Shown here: positions 8,192 through 16,068 of the stretch, one piece after another
How positions within the stretch are numbered: position 1 is the first letter of the stretch
Layout: the number at the start of each line of letters is the position of its first letter
Source of the DNA: Candidatus Limnocylindrales bacterium
Lineage (GTDB): Bacteria > Moduliflexota > Moduliflexia > Moduliflexales > JAUQPW01
Assembly: GCA_035559535.1 (NCBI GenBank)
Contig: DATMBG010000026.1
Span: 116,628-136,627, forward strand
Direction: 5' to 3'
DNA: 20,000 bases
Translations under genes and position numbers: made by a program
The notes under the pieces: model-generated
Seen by the model: only the letters and a program-made list of their open reading frames with translations
What the model was told of the DNA's origin: nothing
Database searches by the model: none

Positions 8192-9169
8192 ATGAAATTT
8201 GTCATTGCCGGTGCAGGCGCCATTGGCGCATATATGGGAGCCCGTATGGCCCGGGTGGGTCTGGACGTTACGTTATTTGCCCGGGGGGCTCACGTTCGTG
8301 CCATGCAGGAGCATGGAGTCCGGGTTAAAAGCCCAGAGGGGGACTTTGAAGTGAGGCCTGGAGTAACAGATAATCTGGAAACCCTGGGTCCGGTTGATGT
8401 GATTATCCTCGGGGTCAAAGCCCACAGTCTGCCGGAACTGGCACCCAGATTGCATCCCCTGCTGGGTCCGGATACAGTCGTAGTCAGTACCCAAAATGGC
8501 ATTCCCTGGTGGTATTTTCAGCATCACGGCGGTGAGTTTGAGGGACTTCGGTTGGAGCGGGTGGACCCGGGTGGTGTCATCTCTTCTGCCATTGAACCCC
8601 ACCGGGTGGTCGGTTCCATCGTTTATTTTTCAACCGAGATCATCCAACCCGGGGTAATCCGACATATCGAAGGTAACCGTATCTCCCTGGGTGAACCCGA
8701 CGGTACACGCTCCGATAGATGTCGTAAGATCGCAGAAGCATTGATCCAGGCAGGCTTTCGATGCCCTGTTACAACCCATATTCGCCACGAAATTTGGGTT
8801 AAACTCCTAGGTAACGTGGCGTTTAATCCCATCAGTGCCCTGACCGGTGCCACACTGGTCCAAATGGTTCGTGATCCGGAGGTTTCGGCTCTGGTCCGCC
8901 ACATCATGAGGGAAGCAGAAGCTGTGGCCACCAGACTTGGACTCGAATTGCCCATTTCCATCGAGCAGAGAATGGCAGGGGCTGAAAAAGTTGGGGAGCA
9001 CAAAACCTCCATGCTCCAGGACCTGGAAGCCGGACGACCCCTGGAGCTGGAAGCTATTGTCGGAGCGGTAGTTGAATTGGGAGAACGTCTGGGACTTCCC
9101 ATGACCCATACCCGTACTGTCTATGCCTGTACAAAACTCCTGGCCCACTGTAAAAGCCGACGGATTTAA
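8192..9169 (+). CDS. Ketopantoate reductase (PanE/ApbA) family protein, PanE2/oxalyl-CoA reductase-like
   Basis: GAGAIG Rossmann motif, VKAH, QNGIPWWYF, WVKLLGNVAFNPISALT, HKTSMLQDLEAGRPLELE; next to an oxalate-CoA ligase-like gene. Confidence 0.85.
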   Translation: MKFVIAGAGAIGAYMGARMARVGLDVTLFARGAHVRAMQEHGVRVKSPEGDFEVRPGVTDNLETLGPVDVIILGVKAHSLPELAPRLHPLLGPDTVVVSTQNGIPWWYFQHHGGEFEGLRLERVDPGGVISSAIEPHRVVGSIVYFSTEIIQPGVIRHIEGNRISLGEPDGTRSDRCRKIAEALIQAGFRCPVTTHIRHEIWVKLLGNVAFNPISALTGATLVQMVRDPEVSALVRHIMREAEAVATRLGLELPISIEQRMAGAEKVGEHKTSMLQDLEAGRPLELEAIVGAVVELGERLGLPMTHTRTVYACTKLLAHCKSRRI

Positions 9170-9245
9170 ACCTGCCTTTAATTTTAAAAACCAGCCCGCT
9201 TCCTCTCAAAAGTCCTTCAACCTGGGATAAAAGAACCATAGATTA

Positions 9246-9274
9246 TTGACAAACCTTTATAAAAAGGATAAGTT
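9246..9274 (+). promoter_or_regulatory. Putative sigma70 promoter for the DUF2891 gene
   Basis: TTGACA 9246-9251, 17 nt, TAAGTT 9269-9274. Confidence 0.55.
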
Positions 9275-9401
9275 AACCTCTTTAAAATTACTTTTGTGGA
9301 AATAAGCCCGGGAACCCTGTTAAAGGGTCCTTCATATCGTAGAACCTTAGATTAAAAAATTCTGAAAAGTTAAAAATAACAAAAATTCTTTTGAAAAAAA
9401 T

Positions 9402-10502
9402 ATGAACGAGCCTTCTTTAATCCGATTCGAGGGGACATGGACCCTTCGCCAGGAAACAGCCTCGTGTTTTGCTCAACTGGTTTTGAAGGGGATTCGTAGG
9501 GAATATCCCCACTATTTCGGTCATGTGGCAAATGAGGACCGGGAGATAAAGACTCCAAAAGCCTTACATCCCGCCTTCTATGGTTGTTTTGACTGGCATT
9601 CATCTGTACACGGACATTGGTTGCTGGTACGCCTTCTACGCCTATTTCCTGAATTGCCGGAAGCCGGACAGATTCGTTGGGTACTCAACGAACATTTAAC
9701 CGCTGAAAATATTTCGGTGGAAGTGGATTATTTTCAACAACCTCATCATAAATCCTTTGAACGCACGTATGGATGGGCCTGGTTATTAAAACTTGCAGAA
9801 GAGCTTTATAACTGGGACGATTCAGATGGTAAAAACTGGTCCAGAAACCTGGATCCACTGACCCAGGTAATAATCTTACGTTATCTTGACTTTCTCCCCC
9901 GACTCCTCTATCCCATGCGTACCGGTGTTCATTCGAATACGGCTTTTGGTCTTGCCTTTGCTCTGGATTATGCCAGGACCACAGGTCATTCAGAACTGGA
10001 AAACCTGGTGGTGGAGCGGAGCCTGACCTACTTTTTGGCGGATAAGACCTATCCGGCTGCCTGGGAACCGGGCGGAGAAGACTTTCTGTCCCCCTGTTTA
10101 ATGGAAGCCGATCTCATGCGTCGGGTATTAGAACCCGATAGATTTAAAGATTGGTTTCATCCTTTCTTACCGACCTTGAGGAAGGGAGAACCCAGAACTT
10201 TGCTGGAACCTGTAAAAGGGATAGACAGAAGTGATCCTAGAATTATCCATCTGGATGGGTTGAACCTCAGCCGGGCCTGGAATATGCGAAGTATCGCTTC
10301 GGCCTTAGCAGTAGACGATCCGGCACGGGAAATCCTCGCCTGTGCAGCCCTTCAACACGCCCAAGAAGCCCTTGCCCACGTTATCAGTGGCTACTATGCA
10401 GGAGAACACTGGCTGGCAACCTTTGCGGTCTATTTACTATCCACCCCGGATCCTTTAAAAGAAGAAATCGTGGAGACCCGGAGAATCCAGACAAAGGAAT
10501 AA
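9402..10502 (+). CDS. DUF2891 family protein
   Basis: HPAFYGCFDWHSSVHGHW, FERTYGWAWLL, RTGVHSNTAFGL, WEPGGEDFLSP, HLDGLNLSRAW, YAGEHWLATFA. Confidence 0.85.
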   Translation: MNEPSLIRFEGTWTLRQETASCFAQLVLKGIRREYPHYFGHVANEDREIKTPKALHPAFYGCFDWHSSVHGHWLLVRLLRLFPELPEAGQIRWVLNEHLTAENISVEVDYFQQPHHKSFERTYGWAWLLKLAEELYNWDDSDGKNWSRNLDPLTQVIILRYLDFLPRLLYPMRTGVHSNTAFGLAFALDYARTTGHSELENLVVERSLTYFLADKTYPAAWEPGGEDFLSPCLMEADLMRRVLEPDRFKDWFHPFLPTLRKGEPRTLLEPVKGIDRSDPRIIHLDGLNLSRAWNMRSIASALAVDDPAREILACAALQHAQEALAHVISGYYAGEHWLATFAVYLLSTPDPLKEEIVETRRIQTKE

Positions 10503-10605
10503 TACCAATACAAAGCGGTAGGATCATTTTAAATTTTTCTTGATTTCTTAGAAATGAATCCTCTAAACTCTAAGCCAAAATTTTTTAGGAAAAGGATTCT
10601 CATTC

Positions 10606-11805
10606 ATGGAAATACAAAGTCCCAGGGGGAGTGTTTTAATCATAACCTTATTCATGGTTTCGATTCTTTACCTTCTAGGTATCTCCCTGCTGTTACTTTC
10701 CTTTACCGAGACGACCCTTTCAGATTTGGAGGTCCGATCTATGCAGTCTCTTTATCTGGCCGAAAGTGCTTTGGCCGAAGGACTGGCTAAATTAAGAACA
10801 AATCCAGACTATCGTACGGATCTCAATGATACCCTTCCTATCGGAACGAACGTGGGATTATATTCGGTTAAGTTCTATGATGGCACCAATGATGGAAATG
10901 GTTATTATCGACCTGCACTCTCGCCCTTCCTTTATCAGATTATCCTGGCCGGTAAAGGAACCGTCCCGGGATTTCGAACCTCCGCTCAGACAGAAATAGA
11001 GGCCGAAGTTGTCCTGAAACCCTTTGTGATGCTCTCAGAAGAGTCTCTGGATATAAGAGATGGGAGCGTCATTCAGGGAAATATCCATGCCAATCAGCAG
11101 GTTACCCTTTCTCCGGCATCTACAGTTACCGGAAATGTGACCACGAGCGGAAGTCTTACCAACCAGGGAACGGTTACGGGGGTTATCTCCTTTCTGGAAC
11201 CATCCATTCGCCTGCCTGTACTCACGACTCAGCCTTATTATCCGACGTATACCTACCAGGGTACCACCTATTCTGCTCAAAAACTGACCTCCGTTTCGGT
11301 TCCTCTTCCGAATCCGCCCGGTAATCCACCGCCGTATCCCAATATCGAATTCTATCAAGGTACCACAAGCTCCGGAAATCCAGCCGGAGTTTACTATGTG
11401 GATGAGCCGATTACGGCCAGTCTTGTTCAAATCGATTTAACAGGAACGCTCATCCTGCTCCCTTCTGCGGGAGATCTTAATATAAGCGGGGCTGTTAGAA
11501 TTACTCCGGTGGGTTCTTTTCCGGCCATCCTGAGTTCCCGCCATCTGCAAATTAGAATGATGGGAAATCTCAGCTCTTTTGGGGTAACAGGGAATTTAAT
11601 CCAGGGTCTCATTTATACCGACGGGGACATACTCCTGATAGGTGAAGACCTATCAGGAAGGGCAGTTGAGGGTATGCTCATAGCCCATGGGATTACCACC
11701 CAGGGTATCCCAAACCTGCAGATCAACTATACCCCCAGCATATTGTCAAATCCACCACCAGATTTAGATTTAATTGAAGTTCTGAGCTGGAAGCAAAAGG
11801 AATAG
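10606..11805 (+). CDS. PilX-like N-terminal (prepilin-type) protein with beta-rich C-terminal region
   Basis: RG|SVLIITLFMVSILYLLG hydrophobic helix, then QSLYLAESAL (PilX_N-like A.Y.AE.G motif); repeated I.G.I.. beta motifs; AGGA RBS. Confidence 0.65.
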   Translation: MEIQSPRGSVLIITLFMVSILYLLGISLLLLSFTETTLSDLEVRSMQSLYLAESALAEGLAKLRTNPDYRTDLNDTLPIGTNVGLYSVKFYDGTNDGNGYYRPALSPFLYQIILAGKGTVPGFRTSAQTEIEAEVVLKPFVMLSEESLDIRDGSVIQGNIHANQQVTLSPASTVTGNVTTSGSLTNQGTVTGVISFLEPSIRLPVLTTQPYYPTYTYQGTTYSAQKLTSVSVPLPNPPGNPPPYPNIEFYQGTTSSGNPAGVYYVDEPITASLVQIDLTGTLILLPSAGDLNISGAVRITPVGSFPAILSSRHLQIRMMGNLSSFGVTGNLIQGLIYTDGDILLIGEDLSGRAVEGMLIAHGITTQGIPNLQINYTPSILSNPPPDLDLIEVLSWKQKE

Positions 11806-11819
11806 TCGGGCAAAAATAT

Positions 11820-11848
11820 TTGCAAACCTGTTGGAAAAGTGCTAACCT
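11820..11848 (+). promoter_or_regulatory. Putative sigma70 promoter with extended -10 for the radical SAM gene
   Basis: TTGCAA 11820-11825, 17 nt ending TGC, TAACCT 11843-11848. Confidence 0.55.
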
Positions 11849-11910
11849 GTAAAGGGATTTCCTTGTTTAATCAATTCTTTAAGCGAAAGGTGATTGCCGG
11901 GTAAATTCCT

Positions 11911-13197
11911 ATGCCAAAGCTTGTTTTCTCCGATTCCAAAGGTCAGATCTATGACCATCCCATTTTGGAAATGGCCGGTCGGTCCGGGGATCTCTTCGTC
12001 CGCCCTTCTCCTGAGGAGCTTATTCCACTTCCTGCAGGGAGTCGGTTCTTTACCCTGCCTGAGCGTCAACCTGTAGGGTGGAGTCGGTCGGGTAAATCGC
12101 TTCGTATTCTGGACACGGTTCGGATGGGACAAAAAATGGTAACACCTTATGCCGTGGCAGCCTTCTTGAGTCCGGGTTATGTCCGAACCCTTCTTCCGGC
12201 GGCAACGTCCGAAAGGGTAAAAAGTTTTTTGCCCTTATGGGCTTATACTGCAATTGGCTGGCAAGATGAGCAGTTTTATGTGGCTGCAACCCGGGTAGAC
12301 GATAATCCAACCTGGAATCCGGAGAATTACGATGATCGTATTTTAGTCGAGAAAGTTCAGGATCGTTTACAAACCAACCCCCATAATCGACTTCTCCATC
12401 AAGTAGCCCACTGTGCTTTGAAATATCACTGCTTTACGGCCAAGAACGTGTTTTATCAAAGATGGGAGGCCGGCATTCCCACGTCACCTGCCTGTAATGC
12501 CGATTGTGTGGGTTGCATCTCCTTGCAACCTTCCCGACGTGTACAAGCCTCCCATGAACGGCTCGATTTTGTTCCAACGGTAGAGGAGATCGTAGACCTG
12601 GGACTTTCCCACTTGAAGAAAGCCGAGAACGGAATTATCAGTTTTGGTCAGGGGTGCGAAGGGGAGCCCCTCATGCAGGCAGAATTGATTGCGAAGGCTA
12701 TTTTGAGGATTCGGCGGGAGACCTGCCGGGGGACCATTCATATGAATACCAATGGGAGTAAACCCGCCCAGCTTCGTTATCTTTGTGAAGCCGGTTTGGA
12801 AAGTATTCGGGTGAGTTTGAACAGTGCAAACCCCCCGGTCTATGAAAGTTACTATCAGCCTAAAAATTATTCCTTTAAAGAGGTGGTCGAATCGATTAAG
12901 ATAGCCCGGGATTACGGACTGTTCGTTTCCATCAATTTACTGACTTTTCCCGGCGTGACCGATCGTGAAGAAGAAGTAGAGAGTTTATTCCGGCTTATTC
13001 GGGAAACCCGCCTGAATATGGTTCAAATACGAAATCTGAATATCGATCCGGATCTTTATTTGCAAATGATTCCCGGCCGAAAGGGAAAAATAATAGGTAT
13101 TTTGAATTTCCTTAAAAATTTAAAACAGGAGTTTCCAGAACTGACGATAGGGTGTTTTACCAGACCCAGGGAGGGAATTCAAGAAAGGATCGTCTAG
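11911..13197 (+). CDS. Radical SAM protein of unknown function with long N-terminal extension
   Basis: CNADCVGC (CxxxCxxC), SFGQGCEGEPL (GGE-like motif), NTNGS, SIRVSLNS. Confidence 0.9.
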   Translation: MPKLVFSDSKGQIYDHPILEMAGRSGDLFVRPSPEELIPLPAGSRFFTLPERQPVGWSRSGKSLRILDTVRMGQKMVTPYAVAAFLSPGYVRTLLPAATSERVKSFLPLWAYTAIGWQDEQFYVAATRVDDNPTWNPENYDDRILVEKVQDRLQTNPHNRLLHQVAHCALKYHCFTAKNVFYQRWEAGIPTSPACNADCVGCISLQPSRRVQASHERLDFVPTVEEIVDLGLSHLKKAENGIISFGQGCEGEPLMQAELIAKAILRIRRETCRGTIHMNTNGSKPAQLRYLCEAGLESIRVSLNSANPPVYESYYQPKNYSFKEVVESIKIARDYGLFVSINLLTFPGVTDREEEVESLFRLIRETRLNMVQIRNLNIDPDLYLQMIPGRKGKIIGILNFLKNLKQEFPELTIGCFTRPREGIQERIV

Positions 13198-13238
13198 AAA
13201 AATTCTCAACCGATCCGAATTCCTAAACCGAAAAACAT

Positions 13239-13267
13239 TTGCAAACAGGGTATAAAGATGCTATCAT
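13239..13267 (+). promoter_or_regulatory. Putative sigma70 promoter with extended -10 for the ThDP decarboxylase genes
   Basis: TTGCAA 13239-13244, 17 nt ending TGC, TATCAT 13262-13267. Confidence 0.6.
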
Positions 13268-13326
13268 CGCCTAAAAAAATGTAAATCCTTTATTAAGTAC
13301 CTTAAACCTTAAGGGTGAGGTCTTTG

Positions 13327-13360
13327 AATGTAAAACGAGACCAGATCCTCGTTTTACATT
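13327..13360. promoter_or_regulatory. Perfect 13-bp inverted repeat (operator or leader hairpin)
   Basis: AATGTAAAACGAG-accagatc-CTCGTTTTACATT. Confidence 0.5.
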
Positions 13361-13377
13361 ATTACCCGACTTTCAGG

Positions 13378-13884
13378 ATGTGGGCTGAAACGATTGTAAA
13401 AGTATTAAAAGAAAATGATATTCGGTCGATCTCCTTTCTTCCAGACACGGTGATCGGAAAAATTTTAAACTATGCCGTTAAAGATGGGTCTTTTGAGTTA
13501 ATTACCCTGGCTCGAGAAGAGGAAGGGGTGGGAATCGTGACCGGGGAATATCTCGGGGGAAGGCGTGGGGTCTTAATGATGCAGAGTGCAGGCCTGGGAA
13601 ATAGCGTCAATGCCCTGGCTTCTCTGGCCATTCCTTATCAAATTCCCTTTCTTTTACTCATCAGCCAGAGAGGGGAGTTGGGAGAATTTAATGCCTGCCA
13701 TGTAACCATGGGAAAAGCATTACGGCGTATTCTGGATGCCTTAGGGATTCAGCATTTTACCCTCAGACGGGAAGATGAAGTCGAAATCATGATGCAGGGT
13801 GCTATCAAAACAGCCTATGCCTCCGAACAACCTGTTGCGGTGATTCTATCATCGGAACTGGTGGGATGGAAAGATGAAAAATGA
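13378..13884 (+). CDS. ThDP-dependent decarboxylase alpha subunit (PYR domain), ComD/phosphonopyruvate decarboxylase-like; ORF track GTG start at 13315 is an alternative
   Basis: FLPD, AREEEGVGI, MQSAGLGNSVNAL, LISQRGELGE; family similarity appears to begin near MWAET (ATG 13378). Confidence 0.8.
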   Translation: MWAETIVKVLKENDIRSISFLPDTVIGKILNYAVKDGSFELITLAREEEGVGIVTGEYLGGRRGVLMMQSAGLGNSVNALASLAIPYQIPFLLLISQRGELGEFNACHVTMGKALRRILDALGIQHFTLRREDEVEIMMQGAIKTAYASEQPVAVILSSELVGWKDEK

Positions 13885-14447
13885 TTAATCGATTGGAAGC
13901 GACCCAGTATCTTATGAGACACCTTACCGACGAGCCGGTTATTGCTTCTTGTGGGAATCCCAAATACGATTTATTTTCGGCAGAGGATCGAAAAGAGAAT
14001 TTTTACATGTGGAATTCCATGGGGATGGCCTCTTCAACAGGGTTGGGGCTCGCCCTGGCACGTCCGGATAAAAAGGTGATCATTTTAGACGGAGATGGAG
14101 CCATTTTAATGAATTTAAACTCCCTGACCACAGCCGCCAGTAAATCTCCCCCCAATCTCATCCATATTATCTGGGATAATCGGTCCTACCAAATCACCGG
14201 TGGACAGGCAACCCACACGGCGGGAAAAGCCAATTTAGCCCAAATTGCACGAGGGGCCGGTTTTGAGAAGGTGCTGACCCTGGATACCCTGGAAGCCTTT
14301 AAGCAGGCTCTCCCTAAAGTTTTATCCGAGCCGGGCCCCTGGGTGGTGGTAGCTATAACCGATAATTGTGGAGCTCCTGGGAGACCTCCTAAAAGTCCAA
14401 CGTACATCAAGCATCGGTTCATGGAAGCTCTGGGAAGCCGAAGATAA
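13881..14447 (+). CDS. ThDP-dependent decarboxylase beta subunit (PP domain), ComE-like
   Basis: NFYMWNSMGMASS.GLGLALA, DGDGAILMN...WDN (GDG-X~24-N ThDP motif), ITGGQ; ATGA overlap with the alpha gene. Confidence 0.85.
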   Translation: MINRLEATQYLMRHLTDEPVIASCGNPKYDLFSAEDRKENFYMWNSMGMASSTGLGLALARPDKKVIILDGDGAILMNLNSLTTAASKSPPNLIHIIWDNRSYQITGGQATHTAGKANLAQIARGAGFEKVLTLDTLEAFKQALPKVLSEPGPWVVVAITDNCGAPGRPPKSPTYIKHRFMEALGSRR

Positions 14448-14714
14448 TCCAGGACGCGCAGCATGGGATTCTCAAAAATTTTAGTTTCGTTATGTTTCGG
14501 TTAAGGGGGCGGTTTGGATCTTAAGGGAGAGTTTTTATACCCATAAGGTGGAAGCCTTTGACCGGAAGGTGTATATTAAAACACAGATCCATAAAAAGTT
14601 TAGGTTATTTCCACAAGGAAATACCCCATACCTCATAGGGGTAGCTATAAAGAACTGCCCTGTTTAAGAACAGGCAACATTTTTATACCGAATGGGTAGG
14701 AGAGGTTGAGTATC

Positions 14715-15719
14715 ATGTTTGCACGATATTCTAAAATGATAAGTTCCTGGTTACTTGTTTTCATCCTTGCTTTAACTTCTATTCCTTTATGGGAGGGAGA
14801 AGTCTTGGCAGGGAATAGGACGGGGGGTCGTGTGGGGGGAAAATCGGGTTTCTCAAGATCATCACCTTCTTCCTCACCATTTTCAAACAGCTATTCCAGA
14901 TCTCGGGACTATTCCAGTTCAGACTATTCCCGTAGTCCCAATAACACGACGTATATTCCTGTACCCATAGGGGGAGGAAGCCCGGGCTTCTTCTATTTCG
15001 GTCCCCGTTATTATCCTGCAACCAGTACAAGTATGGGTAACCTGTTGTTTTGGGCTTTGGTTGTGGGAGCTTTAGTTTTTGTGGCGGTTATTATTTTATC
15101 CCGTATGAACTCCAGATCCTCAGGAAGTCTCAGGACTCCCTCGAAGAGTCTGGCTGCTGCTCAGGTTATCAAATTCCAACTGGCTCTGTTATCGGCTGCT
15201 AAAGAACTTCAAACGGAACTGAATAAGCTGGCCGAGACGGTAAATACTGGTGACCCGACAGGTCTTCAGCAATTGTTGCAGGAAACAACCCTGGCCCTTA
15301 TCCGTCATCCAGACTACTGGATGCAAGCGGGGATAGAGGTGGTCTCTACACCTTCCTATGAAGTGGCCGAATCTAAGTTCGATGAATGGGTGATGACCGA
15401 ACGTGCCAAATTCTCTGAAGAAACCCTGACCAACGTGGAAGGACGTGTCCAGAAGCGGGAAGCTAAACCCAATCGAGACGGAGAGGAAATAGGGGATTAT
15501 CTGGTTATCACCTTGATAGTAGCAACTACCCGGACGGTCTTCCAACCCCTGTCGGTTATGAATGCCGATGAACTGAAAAAGCTTTTGACTACGTTGGGAT
15601 CGCTTTCCGCCCGGGAGCTATTGGCCGTTGAGGTGCTCTGGACCCCTCAGAATACAACCGATGTTTTAACTGAAGATGACCTGTTGGTGGGATATCCGGA
15701 GTTGAAACCGGTTTCGTAA
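14715..15719 (+). CDS. DUF1517 family membrane protein (FLAP1-like); ATG 14715 preferred over TTG 14706
   Basis: Signal-like N-terminus, TGGRVGGKSGFS G/S-rich tract, one TM, LQETTLALIRHPDYW, ERAKFSEETL, LAVEVLWTPQ..DVLT; AGGAGAGG RBS is well spaced for 14715. Confidence 0.8.
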   Translation: MFARYSKMISSWLLVFILALTSIPLWEGEVLAGNRTGGRVGGKSGFSRSSPSSSPFSNSYSRSRDYSSSDYSRSPNNTTYIPVPIGGGSPGFFYFGPRYYPATSTSMGNLLFWALVVGALVFVAVIILSRMNSRSSGSLRTPSKSLAAAQVIKFQLALLSAAKELQTELNKLAETVNTGDPTGLQQLLQETTLALIRHPDYWMQAGIEVVSTPSYEVAESKFDEWVMTERAKFSEETLTNVEGRVQKREAKPNRDGEEIGDYLVITLIVATTRTVFQPLSVMNADELKKLLTTLGSLSARELLAVEVLWTPQNTTDVLTEDDLLVGYPELKPVS

Positions 15720-15760
15720 AAACAACATAAAAATTTTCCCATGAAGAGGGAGGGGGAACG

Positions 15761-15985
15761 ATGCATGTTTTAGTGAATTACTTGATTGCAATTGGATGGG
15801 GAATTGTGGGTGCTGTATCCATGGCTCTCGGTTTAGGAATTTTATTATGGGTCTTTAATCGGGTCACTCCCATTGATGAGTGGGAAGAAATCAGAAAAGG
15901 AAATGTCTCTGTGGCTATTATCCTGGCTGCTGTAATCCTCGCCCTGGGAATTGCGGTTGGCTTTGCCATTATGCCCCCACCGTAG
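15761..15985 (+). CDS. DUF350 family small membrane protein
   Basis: Two TM helices around TPIDEWEEIRKGNVSVAI; strong GGAGG RBS; 41 nt after the DUF1517 stop. Confidence 0.8.
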   Translation: MHVLVNYLIAIGWGIVGAVSMALGLGILLWVFNRVTPIDEWEEIRKGNVSVAIILAAVILALGIAVGFAIMPPP

Positions 15986-16061
15986 GAAGTGGGGAAGTAT
16001 GGGGGTATGGGAGTAAATTTTCCCACACCCCCATACCTCCACACCCCCACACTCCCATACT
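15985..16061. repeat. Inverted array of degenerate 8-bp tandem repeats between convergent genes
   Basis: GGAAGTGG GGAAGTAT GGGGGTAT GGGAGTAA attt TCCCACAC CCCCATAC CTCCACAC CCCCACAC TCCCATAC. Confidence 0.85.
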
Positions 16062-16068
16062 TTTCTCT

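Noticed and set aside
8273..9239. Several antisense ORFs of up to 159 aa over the PanE-like gene
   Set aside because: Typical antisense shadows of a GC-richer coding region
9305..9350. Small hairpin GGAACCCT-GTTAA-AGGGTCC upstream of DUF2891 as a riboswitch
   Set aside because: Single short stem with no recognisable aptamer consensus
11911..14447. Radical SAM + ThDP decarboxylase as a phosphonate or RiPP biosynthetic cluster
   Set aside because: Separate promoter candidates, and no PEP mutase, precursor peptide, SPASM motif or transporter in the window
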